DNA of 64,000 nt from an uncultured Chromatiales bacterium (GCA_965651325.1 CBFGSB010000001.1:1138-65137), one strand, 5' to 3'; shown: positions 37,240 through 47,134, numbered from the stretch's first letter. Translations and numbers: made by a program. The notes: a model not told the origin generated them from the letters alone.

Positions 37240-39258
37240 ATGCCCCCGACCCCATCCAGACTGCACCCCGCAGTCGCCGCACTGCTGTTGCTCTGCGCTT
37301 CGCTCACCGCTACCGCCCGGCCGTTGTCCATCGACGACGTGATGGCGCTGCGCGACGTCTCCGATCCGCGCATGAGCCCGGATGGTAAATGGGTCGCGTA
37401 CGTGGTCGAGCACGTCGACACGAACAAGGACGAGTTGGTGAAGACGATCCATGTCGTGTCGACCGAAAGTGGCGAAAGCCGGGCGATGACGGCCGCGGTC
37501 CGCTCCGCCACGACACCCCGCTGGAGCCCGGACGGGCGCTACCTCGCGTTCCTCGCGAAGAAGATCGGGGACGACGAGGTGAAGACCCAGGTGTGGACGC
37601 TCGACGTCCGCGGCGGGGAAGCGCAGGCGTGGACGGCTGTCGAGCAGGGAGTCAGCGATTACGGATGGGCGCCGTCGGGCGAACGCATGTGGCTGCTCAT
37701 CAACGACATGAGCGCGGAGGATCGGGAAGCGCAGCGCGCGGCGGAAGCCGGGGAGGAGCCGCGACCGCTGCCGCACGTGATCGACCGGCTGCAGTTCAAG
37801 CGCGACCGGGTCGGGTATCTCGACCGCAGTCGCACTCACCTGTACGTCGTCGACCGGCGCGGCGCCGCGCCGCGCCAGCTCACCTTCGGCGACTTCGACG
37901 ACGGCGAGCCGGCGTGGAGCCCGGACGGCAAGCACATCGCGTTCGTCAGCAACCGCACGGCGCAGCCGGACAGCAACGAGAATACCGACATCTGGATCGT
38001 GCCGGTCGACGGCAAGAGAACGGAACCCCGGCAGCTCACGACGAACGAAGGACCGGACAACTCGCCGGCCTGGAGTCACGACGGCCACTTCATCGCCTAC
38101 GTCACGGTGATCGAGCCGGGAATCATCTGGTACGCGACGAACCACCTGGCGGTCATCCCGGCAAGCGGTGGCGAGCCGCGCCTGCCGCTCCGCGAGCTGG
38201 ACCGGAACGTCCGTTCACCGGTATTTGCGCAGGACGACGAGGCCATCCTGTTCCGCCTGGAGGACAGCGCGGAAGAGCAGCTCGCGCGCGTCGACCTGGC
38301 GAGCGGCGAGCTCGAGCGGCTCGTGGCCGGCGACCTCGCCATCGGCGCCTTCGACCTGCACGACTCCGGCCGCGCGGCCGTGCTGGTCAGCACCCCGGAG
38401 ATGCCGACGGAGGTCTTCCTGTGGGACGGTGACGACCACCGGCGCCTGACCCGCAGCAACGAGCTGCTGAGCTCGGTGACGTTCGGCGAAACCCGCAACG
38501 TGACCTTCCCGAGCCGCGACGGCACCGACATCGAGGGCTTCATCACCCTGCCGCCGGATTACCAACGCGGACGGCGCTACCCGACGCTGCTGCGCATTCA
38601 CGGCGGCCCGGTGTCGCAGTTCGATTTTTCCTTCGGCGCGCAGGCCCAGCTATTCGCCGCGCACGGCTACGTCGTCGTCCGGGCGAACCCCCGCGGCTCG
38701 AGCGGCTACGGCCAGGCGTTCTCCCACGCGATCTGGGCCGACTGGGGCAACAAGGACTTCGAGGACGTGCTCGCGGGCGTCGACTACGCGATCGAGGAAG
38801 GCTACGCCGACCCCGACCGGCTCGGCGTCGGCGGCTGGTCCTACGGCGGCATCCTGACGAACTACGTCATCACGCAATCGGAACGTTTCAAGGGCGCGAT
38901 CACGGGCGCGAGCGAGGTGCTGTACATCTCGAACTACGGGCACGACCACTACCAGCACCAGTGGGAGACGGAGCTCGGGCTTCCCTGGGAAAGCCGCGAG
39001 ACCTGGGAACGCATCTCGCCGTTCAACAAGGTCACAGCGGTCACCACGCCGACGCTGGTCATGGGCGGTGCGGAAGACTGGAACGTGCCGGTCAACAACT
39101 CGGAGCAGCTCTACCAGGCGTTGAAGCGGCTGGGCATCGACACGCAGCTCGTCGTGTATCCCGGCGAAGCGCACGGCATAGAGCGGCCGAGCTTCATCCG
39201 CGACCGGCTGGAACGCTATCTCGCCTGGTACGACCGGACGGTCCGGGGCGAGGAGTGA
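37240..39258 (+). CDS. S9 family serine peptidase (prolyl oligopeptidase / acylaminoacyl-peptidase-like) with beta-propeller N-domain
   Basis: Signal peptide MPPTPSRLHPAVAALLLLCASLTATA. WSPDG repeats (PRWSPDGRYLAF, PAWSPDGKHIAF). Catalytic GVGGWSYGG (Ser), GAEDWNVP (Asp), PGEAHGI (His). The track ORF N-terminal extension overlaps the previous gene and was trimmed. Confidence 0.9.
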   Translation: MPPTPSRLHPAVAALLLLCASLTATARPLSIDDVMALRDVSDPRMSPDGKWVAYVVEHVDTNKDELVKTIHVVSTESGESRAMTAAVRSATTPRWSPDGRYLAFLAKKIGDDEVKTQVWTLDVRGGEAQAWTAVEQGVSDYGWAPSGERMWLLINDMSAEDREAQRAAEAGEEPRPLPHVIDRLQFKRDRVGYLDRSRTHLYVVDRRGAAPRQLTFGDFDDGEPAWSPDGKHIAFVSNRTAQPDSNENTDIWIVPVDGKRTEPRQLTTNEGPDNSPAWSHDGHFIAYVTVIEPGIIWYATNHLAVIPASGGEPRLPLRELDRNVRSPVFAQDDEAILFRLEDSAEEQLARVDLASGELERLVAGDLAIGAFDLHDSGRAAVLVSTPEMPTEVFLWDGDDHRRLTRSNELLSSVTFGETRNVTFPSRDGTDIEGFITLPPDYQRGRRYPTLLRIHGGPVSQFDFSFGAQAQLFAAHGYVVVRANPRGSSGYGQAFSHAIWADWGNKDFEDVLAGVDYAIEEGYADPDRLGVGGWSYGGILTNYVITQSERFKGAITGASEVLYISNYGHDHYQHQWETELGLPWESRETWERISPFNKVTAVTTPTLVMGGAEDWNVPVNNSEQLYQALKRLGIDTQLVVYPGEAHGIERPSFIRDRLERYLAWYDRTVRGEE

Positions 39259-39263
39259 CGAAA

Positions 39264-39292
39264 GGCGGGCCGGAGACTCGCTCCGGCCCGCC
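39264..39292. terminator. Bidirectional hairpin terminator between the convergent S9 peptidase and TonB receptor genes
   Basis: GGCGGGCCGGAG-actcg-CTCCGGCCCGCC, a perfect 12-bp stem filling the 41-nt convergent gap. Confidence 0.6.
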
Positions 39293-39299
39293 GCCCTGC

Positions 39300-42200
39300 T
39301 CAGAATGACTTGCTCAAGGTCACGAAGAACTGCCGCCCGAACTGGTCGTACCCGGATGACGTAACCCGGTTCTCGCGGTTCGAGCCGGCACTCGCGGCGA
39401 TCAGCGGCGGCTCCTTGTCCGCGACGTTCTTGATACCCGCGGTCACCGTCCAGGTGTCCGCGAGGTAGCTCGCGGCGATGTCGTGGTACCAGCGGCTGGC
39501 CGCGTCGCAAACGTTCGCGGTGGGCTCGGTCGTGGTCAGGAACTCGCTCACGGTGAAGTTGTCGCAATCCGCGTTCTGCGCCGAGCGGGCCACCGAATCC
39601 GCCGTGGTCTCGTCGATGAAGCGCGAGATCAGGCTCAAGCTCCAGGCATCGGAAAGATTCACGATGAGATTGGAGTTGTAGCTGAACTCCGGGTACCCGT
39701 AGGTGCCTTTCAGGTCCTGCGGGGCCTCGCCCTCGAAGATGTGCACCTCGCGTTCGGTGCTGAAGGTCGCCTGGTTCAGCCAGATGACCTCCGCCCAGTC
39801 GAAGGCGCCCGTGACGCGGGTGTTGAGATCCCACCCTCGCGACGTTTCCTCGCCGATGTTGACGAACGATGCGTCGACGCTGCTGATCAGGTTGAACGAC
39901 GGGTTGGTTCCGGGACGCGGGCCGAGGCGCGAGCAGAACGGGCTCTCGAGGTTCGGCGCGTCGTTGTAGCAGCGGAACATGATCGTCTCGGCGTCGATCG
40001 AGCGGATGGTGTCCTCGATCGAGATGTCGTAATAGCTCACGGCAACGTCGAGCCCGAAGGTGTCGTTGATCGTCGGCGAGAACTGCACGGTAGCGGTGAC
40101 CGTATCCGAGGTCTCCGGGAGCAGGTCCAGCGCGTTGCCGCCGATCTGTACCGGGATCGTCGTGACCGCGCGCAGGCCGAGTTGGGTCGGGTCGGCGCCC
40201 GAAGCGACGCAGTTGTCCATGACGATCTGCGGCCGCTGGTCCAGCTCGGGATGGTAGACGTCGCCGATGTCCGCCTCGGCGGGCACGGCGCAGGGGTCCG
40301 CGCCGCCGGACACGCCGGCGAACTGGTCGGCCAGGAACTGCTCGCGCAGGTTCGGGGCGCGGAACGACGTGCCGTAGGAACCGCTGAAGCCCAGCCAGTC
40401 GTTGGGCCGGTAGGTCGCGCGGAACCGCCCGGTGGTCTCTTCGCCGAAGTTCGATTCCTCGGTATAGCGCAACGCGGCTTCCACCTCGACGAGCTCCGCA
40501 AAGGCCTTGTCGGTGAAGATCGGCATGCTGACTTCGGCGTAGGCCTCTTTGAGGTGACGTTTGCCCACCGAGTCGCCTTCCTGCTGCGGATTCTCGGCCG
40601 TGACCAGGCCGCGGGAACCGATGTACTCGACCGACGAATCGATCTCGTCCGCCCGGTACTCGAGGCCGAAGGCCATGCTGACGGGCCCGCCGGTCGGGAT
40701 GTCGGCGACTTCACCGGTCACGTAGGCCGCACCGATGGTCTGCGTGACGGCCGTGCGGTTCAGCCGGTTGGCGATGAGGAAGTCTTCCTCCTCCGGGGTC
40801 GCGAAGCTGCCGCCGGGACTGCCGTCGGCGGAATACATCGTCGGCGAGAACCAGTTGATCGGCACGCAGGCCTGCGGCGTGCCGACGAAGCCGAGGTCGT
40901 TGGCCACGACGCCGCCGGTCCGGCGGATACCGCAGATGAGGTTGCCGTCGGCATCCAGGCGAAGGGTGTCGACGGCAAGAATGAGCGCGTTCTCGTTCAT
41001 GACCGGCTGGTCGACAAAGCCGACGCCGCGGTCGTAGGACACGTAGCCGTCCCACGTCCAGTTGCGTTCGGCGAACCAGCCGCCGGGAAACTCGCCGCGA
41101 ATGCCGCTCACGATGCGAAAGTGCTGGAGCTCGACGTCGCGAATCTGCGGCAGGCTACCGCCGAGCGTGACGAGAGGCGCGGTGGTGTTCGGGAACGGGT
41201 TCCCCGGGTTGTCGAAGAGTACCGGGGCGCCGGTCGCGTCGACGATGATGTTACCGTTCGCGTCCTCCTGCGGAATCATGGCCGGGATCGCCGGGAAGAT
41301 CTGCTCCGTGGCGGCGCGGTTCTCCGTCTGGCGATTGAGGTACATCGCCTCGACGTACACTTCCTCGTCGCCGAACCAGCCCGGCTGCCAGCCGCCGCTC
41401 AGGACCAGCGAGAAGCGCTCCATGCCCTGCACGAGGTCGGCCGCGAGCCGCTCGTTCTGGTCGTTCCAGCGCGGATCGCAGTTGTTGCGGGCGGTGAACC
41501 CGGGCGCGGCGCCGCCGGTGAGCGGAGCCTCGCAGGGCGGCAGGTTCTGCGTGCTGCTGAAGTTCGGCACGCCGGTGTCGGAGGAGCCGGGGGTGTAGTA
41601 GACGATGATGTCGCCGTTCGGCGCGATCAACGGTCCTTCACCGAACAACCCGCCGATGTCGATCGCCGCGTTGTCGGGAAAGCTGTTGTTGCAGGCCGCG
41701 ATGATCTCGCCGCTCTGCGTTTGCCTGATCGTGCGAATGCAGTCGACGCGCGAGCCGGTCGTCACAGGCTCACGGTTCATGTACTCGCCGCCGAGCAGGA
41801 AGTGCGTCGTGTCACCCTGCCCGCCCATCAGGAACGAGAACTGTCCGGTCTCGCCGCCTTCCTCCTGCGGCACGTTGCCGTAGGCGTTCAGCTCGAAGCC
41901 CTCGAAATCGTCGCGCAGGATGACGTTGACCACGCCCGCGACCGCGTCGGCGCCGTACACGGACGACGCGCCTTCGGTGATGACCTCGATCCGCTCGACC
42001 ATCGTCAGCGGAATGAGGTTGAGGTCCGGCTGCGCCGGCGCGCCGCGCACGCCCGAGGAACCGAGGCGCCTGCCGTTCAGCAGGATGAGCGTGCGCTCCG
42101 GGTCCAGGCCGCGCAACGCGACGTTGGCCGAGCCAACGCCGCCGAGCGGCGGCGATTCGCTGGCATTCGAGTTGCCGGAGTTGGTGTTGAGCTCGCCGTT

Positions 42201-42476
42201 GATCTGCTGGCCGTAGGAGATCGGCGACTGCTGCAGCAAGTCGGACACCGTGGTGATGCCGGCCTTTCTTGCTGCTTCGACGTCGAAGGTCTGCAGCGGC
42301 GCGGCGCTCGAGTATTCGTCGCGGCGAATGCGCGAGCCGGTGACGACGATCTCCTCGAGGTCGGATGCCTCCGGATCCTGGTCGTCCTGTGCCATTGCCG
42401 GCGCCGCGACGAGCGAGCCGGCAAGGATGAGCGGGCACGTGAGCAGCGCCCGGATGGAATGCCAGTTGGTATTCAT
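39300..42476 (-). CDS. TonB-dependent receptor (large, about 1058 aa)
   Basis: Signal peptide MNTNWHSIRALLTCPLILAGSLVAAPAMA. Plug LEEIVVTGSRIRRDEYSSAAPLQTF. C-terminal FFVTLSKSF. ATG 42476 preceded by SD AGGAGGGGG. Confidence 0.9.
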   Translation of the reverse strand: MNTNWHSIRALLTCPLILAGSLVAAPAMAQDDQDPEASDLEEIVVTGSRIRRDEYSSAAPLQTFDVEAARKAGITTVSDLLQQSPISYGQQINGELNTNSGNSNASESPPLGGVGSANVALRGLDPERTLILLNGRRLGSSGVRGAPAQPDLNLIPLTMVERIEVITEGASSVYGADAVAGVVNVILRDDFEGFELNAYGNVPQEEGGETGQFSFLMGGQGDTTHFLLGGEYMNREPVTTGSRVDCIRTIRQTQSGEIIAACNNSFPDNAAIDIGGLFGEGPLIAPNGDIIVYYTPGSSDTGVPNFSSTQNLPPCEAPLTGGAAPGFTARNNCDPRWNDQNERLAADLVQGMERFSLVLSGGWQPGWFGDEEVYVEAMYLNRQTENRAATEQIFPAIPAMIPQEDANGNIIVDATGAPVLFDNPGNPFPNTTAPLVTLGGSLPQIRDVELQHFRIVSGIRGEFPGGWFAERNWTWDGYVSYDRGVGFVDQPVMNENALILAVDTLRLDADGNLICGIRRTGGVVANDLGFVGTPQACVPINWFSPTMYSADGSPGGSFATPEEEDFLIANRLNRTAVTQTIGAAYVTGEVADIPTGGPVSMAFGLEYRADEIDSSVEYIGSRGLVTAENPQQEGDSVGKRHLKEAYAEVSMPIFTDKAFAELVEVEAALRYTEESNFGEETTGRFRATYRPNDWLGFSGSYGTSFRAPNLREQFLADQFAGVSGGADPCAVPAEADIGDVYHPELDQRPQIVMDNCVASGADPTQLGLRAVTTIPVQIGGNALDLLPETSDTVTATVQFSPTINDTFGLDVAVSYYDISIEDTIRSIDAETIMFRCYNDAPNLESPFCSRLGPRPGTNPSFNLISSVDASFVNIGEETSRGWDLNTRVTGAFDWAEVIWLNQATFSTEREVHIFEGEAPQDLKGTYGYPEFSYNSNLIVNLSDAWSLSLISRFIDETTADSVARSAQNADCDNFTVSEFLTTTEPTANVCDAASRWYHDIAASYLADTWTVTAGIKNVADKEPPLIAASAGSNRENRVTSSGYDQFGRQFFVTLSKSF

Positions 42477-42555
42477 TTCCCCCTCCTGCCGATGGATGGT
42501 GCGGGCCGGGGGCATGACCGCCGCCAGCCTTGGGGGGATATGATGTTGGCTGCCG

Positions 42556-42670
42556 CGGAATTGTGTTGCTATTTCCACATAGCGATTTGCTATATGTGGA
42601 CTAGGCAACTGATATTATTTATTTTTCCCTTATATTCGATTGTGTTATTTGTGCAACGATTGTGATGCAC
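42556..42670 (-). promoter_or_regulatory. AT-rich promoter/leader region of the TonB receptor gene
   Basis: On the minus strand: TTGCAC (42656-42651), 16-nt spacer, TATAAG (42634-42629) as a sigma70-like promoter. ATTGTG motifs at 42560, 42639 and 42659 (plus-strand coordinates). Palindrome TCCACATAGC-gattt-GCTATaTGTGGA at 42574-42600. Confidence 0.45.
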
Positions 42671-42689
42671 ATGTTGCGGCAGCGCCGCA

Positions 42690-43823
42690 TCAGGGCTCCG
42701 TCGGCCCTTGCGCCTGCTCCCCGGGCTTGAACAGCTCGCCGAGCACGAACACGAAGTCGGTCATCCCGGGCGCGTCGCCCAGGTTGGTCACGGCGGCGAT
42801 CACCATTTGCTGCTCGGGCCAGGTCCAGAACGCGGTGGTGCCGCCGACCGAGCCCCCGGTGTGCCCGACCGTCCGGCGGCCGGACGGATCCTCGTTCGTC
42901 CGCCAGCCGATGCCGTAGCCCGTGGTCTCGCCGGAGTCGAGGCGCTGCGGCGTGAACAGCAGCTCGACGGTGCCGGGCTCCAGCAAGGGTTCGCGTATAT
43001 GGCCGAAGCCGAAGAGGATCAGATCCTCGGGCGTCGACAGGAACCCGCCGCCGGCCCACTTGTAACTGTTGTCGACGAACGGCGCGTTCACGATCCGGCC
43101 GTCGGCGTCATGCGCGTAATAGCCGGACCGGTGCGGAATGATGTCCGTGACCTGGTCCGGCACCGTGTGGCGCATGCCGAGCGGCTCGAACACGCGCTCT
43201 GTCATGTAGGTGAGAAATTGCATGCCGGAAGCGGACTGCACGACCGCGCTGAGCAGGTTCCACCCGTAACTCGAATATTCGTAATCGGTACCGGGCCGAA
43301 ACAGCAGCGGGTCGGCTGCAAAGATCTCCAGTCCTTGCAGCACGCTGTCATAGTGCCGGCTGGAAAAGAACTCGTCGCCGAGATAATGCCGTATGCCGGC
43401 CGTGTGACCGGCGAGCTGGCGTGTCGTAATCGGCCAGCGCTTCTCGGGGAAGCCCGGCACGTACTGCTGCACGGGTGCATCCAGGTCCAGCTTGCCGTTC
43501 TCGTACAGGAGCCCGATTGCCGTCGCGGTAAACGGCTTCGAGACGCTGCCGATACGAAATCGCGTCAGCGGCGTGACGGGCACGCGCAGCTCGACGTCCG
43601 CATAGCCGAAGCCTTCCGACCAGACGATAGCGCCGTCAATGCCGACGGCGACCGACAATCCGGGCAGGTTCGCCTCTTCCAAAGCGGAGGCGGCAAGCTC
43701 CTGCGCCGCCTCGACCGCTTCGCTGTACGACGGTGTGGTATTCGCGTCCGCCCACGCCTGCAGCGGCGATACGAAGATCGCCAGCAGCGCAAGGGCGGCG
43801 AATCGGGTGAAGTGCCTGTTCAT
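42690..43823 (-). CDS. Beta-lactamase-fold serine hydrolase (secreted)
   Basis: Signal peptide MNRHFTRFAALALLAIFVSPLQAWA. SxxK in RFRIGSVSKPFTATAIGLL. YSSYGWN and HTGGSVGG motifs. Start overlaps the S46 peptidase stop (ATGA). Confidence 0.85.
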   Translation of the reverse strand: MNRHFTRFAALALLAIFVSPLQAWADANTTPSYSEAVEAAQELAASALEEANLPGLSVAVGIDGAIVWSEGFGYADVELRVPVTPLTRFRIGSVSKPFTATAIGLLYENGKLDLDAPVQQYVPGFPEKRWPITTRQLAGHTAGIRHYLGDEFFSSRHYDSVLQGLEIFAADPLLFRPGTDYEYSSYGWNLLSAVVQSASGMQFLTYMTERVFEPLGMRHTVPDQVTDIIPHRSGYYAHDADGRIVNAPFVDNSYKWAGGGFLSTPEDLILFGFGHIREPLLEPGTVELLFTPQRLDSGETTGYGIGWRTNEDPSGRRTVGHTGGSVGGTTAFWTWPEQQMVIAAVTNLGDAPGMTDFVFVLGELFKPGEQAQGPTEP

Positions 43824-45910
43824 TGGACGATAGTCAGCTCGTCCAGGAGGCGCTCGGCCCCGTAAACCGTCTCCAGCGCCTCGAGGATGATGGCGGTGTC
43901 GACGGCGACGGTGCGGTTCACCGCCGGGTCGAACCAGTAGGCGCCGGCGATGGAATGGATGTTACCGTCGAACGCGAGCCCGACGAGCGCGCCGTCGCCG
44001 GCGATGACCGGGCTGCCGGAGTTGCCGCCGGTGATGTCAGTGGTCGCGACGAAGTTGAAGGGCGTGTCGGAATCCAGTTCCTCGCGCGCCTGCTGCCAGC
44101 TCGGCGGCAGGGCGAACGGCGGCTCGCCGGTGACGCGCTCGAACAGCCGTTCGGTGTGCGTGAACGGCTCGACCGGCTCGCCCTTCTCTTCCCAGCCCTC
44201 CACGGCGCCGTAGGTGATACGCAGCGTGAAGGTCGCATCGGGATAGATGTCGGTGCCGTAGATCGCGAAGCGCGCGTCCGCGATCATCTCCTCGCCGCGG
44301 GTGACCGGCGCTTCCACCTGGTTCTCGTAACGCTTCCGCAGCGCCCGGGCATCGTCGTCGATGGCGAGGGCCAGCTCGATCATCGGGTCATTGCTGGCCT
44401 TGACGGCTTCGACGCCGCCCTCCCACAGCTCGCGCCGGTAGTCGACCTCATCCAGGCGACTGCCGTCGATGAGCGTGGCCGCGAGCTGCTCCGGGGCTGC
44501 ATTGCCCAGCACCTCGTGCACGTAGGTGCTGTCGGGGCCGAGGTATTCGCGCATCTTGTCCAGCGAGTATTCGAGCGTCAGCTTCTCGTACGCCGCGTCG
44601 ATCGGCCGCTCCGCGAAGAGCTGCGCTTCGACGCTGGGTAGCGCGGTGTCGGTGTAGCCGCGCAGGCGTTCCTCGTTGGGCTTCTCCCGCTCGACCGTAC
44701 CGCGGACGATGGCGCGCGCGTAGTCGAACAGGTCGCTGCTGAACGCGGCACCGCCCTCGATGAACAGGTGGTCCTCGTACAGGTTGCGATGGGCCTCGAC
44801 CGCCTGCTCGATCAGGGACCAGGCGTCGCCGTAGCGGGAGGCGAGCTCCGGATCGGCCATGACGGCTTCGCGAAGCTCCCGTTCCTCGGCAGCCTTCTGC
44901 GCCATCATCTCGTCATTGAGTAGCGCCTTGAGCTGGTTGCGGCGCACCTTGATGCCGTTCTCGATGCCGAGAATGCGTTGCTGCACCGCACGGGCGGCTT
45001 CGTCGCTGGTGTCGCCCCAGGCGAGCATGCGGCCCCGCAGCTCCGAGTAGCGAACGAGCCACATGGGGTAGACGACGTTGCGCAGCAATTCGAGCTGCGC
45101 CATCGTGAGCTGGCGCGACGTCGTACCCGGGTGCCCGGAGACGAACACGGGATCGCCGGCTTGGGGTCCTTTGCCGCGCCACGTCAGGAAGTTCGGCGTC
45201 TCGGCGGGCTTGCCGTCCTCATAGGCCCGCAGGAAGGACATGTCCAGGCACCAGCGGGGGAAGTTGAAGTTGTCCGGATCGCCCCCGAACGCGGCGATGG
45301 CGAGCTCCGGCGCGAACACGAGGCGGACGTCGTCGTAACGCTTGTACTGGTAGATGAAGTACTGGCCGCCGTTGTAGAGCGACACCGCCTCGCAGCGGCG
45401 CTCACCGCCGGAGGCTTCCTCGCAGGCCGATTCCAGGCGGGTGAGTGTCGCCTTGCGGGCCTCGTTGGCTTCCGGGCCTTCGAGACCGGCGATGGCGGAG
45501 GCGACGTCATCGGTGACATCTTTGTAGTCGACCAGGACGGAAACCTGCTGGCCCGGGCAACGTAGCTCCTCGTCCTCCGACCTGGCGTAGAACCCCAGGT
45601 CGGAGAGGTTGCGCTCTTCGGAGCTGAGGTTGCGGATACAGCCCCAGGTGCAATGGTTGTTGGTGAGGATCAGGCCGTCCGGGGAGGCGAAAGAGCCGGT
45701 GCAGCCGTTCTCCAGGCGCGTGGTGGAGAGTTGTGCGGACCGCAGCCAATCGCTGGTGATTCGGACGTCATACTTTTGTTCAACGGCATCTGCAGGGAAG
45801 TTGTCGATCGTCCACATACCTTCGTCAGGCACGGCCACCGAGGGGCTGGTAACGATCGCGGCAGCGGAGGCGAGCAGGAGCAGGCGGTGAACGAGTGCTG
45901 GCCGAGACAT
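43820..45910 (-). CDS. S46 family dipeptidyl-peptidase (DPP7/DPP11-like)
   Basis: VPDEGMWTIDNFP N-terminus, His motif GLILTNNHC, Ser motif TDITGGNSGSPV. Start set at MSRPALVHRLLLLASAAA (45910, SD AAGGAAA). Confidence 0.9.
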   Translation of the reverse strand: MSRPALVHRLLLLASAAAIVTSPSVAVPDEGMWTIDNFPADAVEQKYDVRITSDWLRSAQLSTTRLENGCTGSFASPDGLILTNNHCTWGCIRNLSSEERNLSDLGFYARSEDEELRCPGQQVSVLVDYKDVTDDVASAIAGLEGPEANEARKATLTRLESACEEASGGERRCEAVSLYNGGQYFIYQYKRYDDVRLVFAPELAIAAFGGDPDNFNFPRWCLDMSFLRAYEDGKPAETPNFLTWRGKGPQAGDPVFVSGHPGTTSRQLTMAQLELLRNVVYPMWLVRYSELRGRMLAWGDTSDEAARAVQQRILGIENGIKVRRNQLKALLNDEMMAQKAAEERELREAVMADPELASRYGDAWSLIEQAVEAHRNLYEDHLFIEGGAAFSSDLFDYARAIVRGTVEREKPNEERLRGYTDTALPSVEAQLFAERPIDAAYEKLTLEYSLDKMREYLGPDSTYVHEVLGNAAPEQLAATLIDGSRLDEVDYRRELWEGGVEAVKASNDPMIELALAIDDDARALRKRYENQVEAPVTRGEEMIADARFAIYGTDIYPDATFTLRITYGAVEGWEEKGEPVEPFTHTERLFERVTGEPPFALPPSWQQAREELDSDTPFNFVATTDITGGNSGSPVIAGDGALVGLAFDGNIHSIAGAYWFDPAVNRTVAVDTAIILEALETVYGAERLLDELTIVQ

Positions 45911-46041
45911 GGGATTTCCTTTTTTTCGGCTGATCGGCAAGTGCCGCATTCCAGCAGACGGGCAGCGATATGACAATAAACGGTGGGTTATGAGCGGAAT
46001 GCTTCGCCCAGGTTCCGAAACCCGAGAACGTCGATTGCCGT

Positions 46042-46449
46042 TTATCTCACCGGGCCGCCGATCGACCAGAGGTGCCCGAACGGATCCCTGAGCTGCCCGT
46101 ATCGCGCTCCCCAGAACTGGTTGTCCAGCGGCATGGTCACTTCGGCCCCCGCTTCGACGGCCCGTTCCCAGGCCGCATCGGCATCGGGCACCTCGAGATG
46201 GAACGTGCAGCTCGCTCCACCCAGCCGGGTCGGCGCCTTGGCGCCCTCGCCGCCGAACTCGGGAAACTCGTCGTGCAGCATGAGCGCACCGGATCCCATC
46301 TTCAGATGGGCGTGCATCAGCCGCTTGCCGTCCTCGGCCGGATGCTTCGTCTCCAGCACCGCGCCGAAGGCTTGCTGGTAGAACGCAATGGCGGCTTCGC
46401 CGTCGTTGACGACGAGATGGGGAACAGGCGTCGATGTTTCCATGCTCAT
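46042..46449 (-). CDS. VOC/glyoxalase-fold (PhnB-like) protein
   Basis: PHLVVNDGEAAIAFYQQAFGA...MHAHLKMGSGALMLHDEFPE...PLDNQFWGARYGQLRDPFGHLWSI matches the PhnB-like VOC pattern. Confidence 0.8.
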   Translation of the reverse strand: MSMETSTPVPHLVVNDGEAAIAFYQQAFGAVLETKHPAEDGKRLMHAHLKMGSGALMLHDEFPEFGGEGAKAPTRLGGASCTFHLEVPDADAAWERAVEAGAEVTMPLDNQFWGARYGQLRDPFGHLWSIGGPVR

Positions 46450-46591
46450 GCCCTCACGATTGGTTGGGTTCGGCGAAAGTATAGATGAGATGTTTGCTTC
46501 CTCGGTTGCATCCTCGAGATACGCGACGGAAAGCCTCCCGATCAGCGGCGGGGTTCCAGCAACTGAGCTCGACTGACGGGGCGGCGCGCCG

Positions 46592-47134
46592 TCAGAAGCG
46601 ATAGCTCAACCCGGCCGTCAGCAGTCCACCGCTCTCCTCGTGCGTGCCGTCGAAGTAGCGGCCCTCCACACGGAAGCTGAGATCCCCGCTGCCGATGTCC
46701 ACCCCCGCACCCAGCGCAGTCCCGTCTTTCCCGAAGATATCGATGGTGGTGCCCGGGGTGACGTCGGCGTCATACAGGATCACGCCGGCAAGGCCATAGA
46801 CTTCTACAGCTTGCGTGACCGGGAAGATCAGCCGTCCGAAAACATCGAGTCCACTGGCGTCGATCGTGACGTCGATATCGCCGACGCTATCCTCGGCGGA
46901 GCCGAGACTGAACAGCTCGACTCCGAGCGCAAAGCGCGGAACGAAGCGGTACTCGACACCGAAGAGCCAGCCGAGGTCGTTGCCCTCGAACGTGGCCGCG
47001 TCGTCCCGGTCCTTGATCAGGCTGCCGCCGATTCCGCCGTGCACGGCGAAACCGGTGCGATCCTGCGCATGGGCGACGGGCGCCGCAACGGCGAGTGCGA
47101 GGACGACGGCGACAAGCAGGCGAACGTATCGCAT
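46592..47134 (-). CDS. Small outer-membrane beta-barrel (OmpA-like transmembrane / porin family) protein
   Basis: Signal peptide MRYVRLLVAVVLALAVAAPVAHA. Alternating-hydrophobicity strands. Terminal GLSYRF. A hairpin CTGACGG-N9-CCGTCAG (46573-46595) spans the stop. Confidence 0.75.
   Translation of the reverse strand: MRYVRLLVAVVLALAVAAPVAHAQDRTGFAVHGGIGGSLIKDRDDAATFEGNDLGWLFGVEYRFVPRFALGVELFSLGSAEDSVGDIDVTIDASGLDVFGRLIFPVTQAVEVYGLAGVILYDADVTPGTTIDIFGKDGTALGAGVDIGSGDLSFRVEGRYFDGTHEESGGLLTAGLSYRF

Noticed and set aside
39483-42665. 1060-aa plus-strand ORF; also 25590..28523 (977 aa), 10417..12882 (821 aa), 12689..14737 (682 aa), 4496..6532 (678 aa), 22509..24380 (623 aa), 2949..4550 (533 aa), 49221..50654 (477 aa) and similar
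   Set aside because: All lie antisense to, or out of frame with, genes that have clear family signatures (TonB receptors, Lon, serine hydrolases, flavoprotein, transglutaminase-like, azoR). Their products are low-complexity Arg/Gly/Ala/Pro/Val-rich, the usual stop-codon-poor artefact of high-GC DNA.
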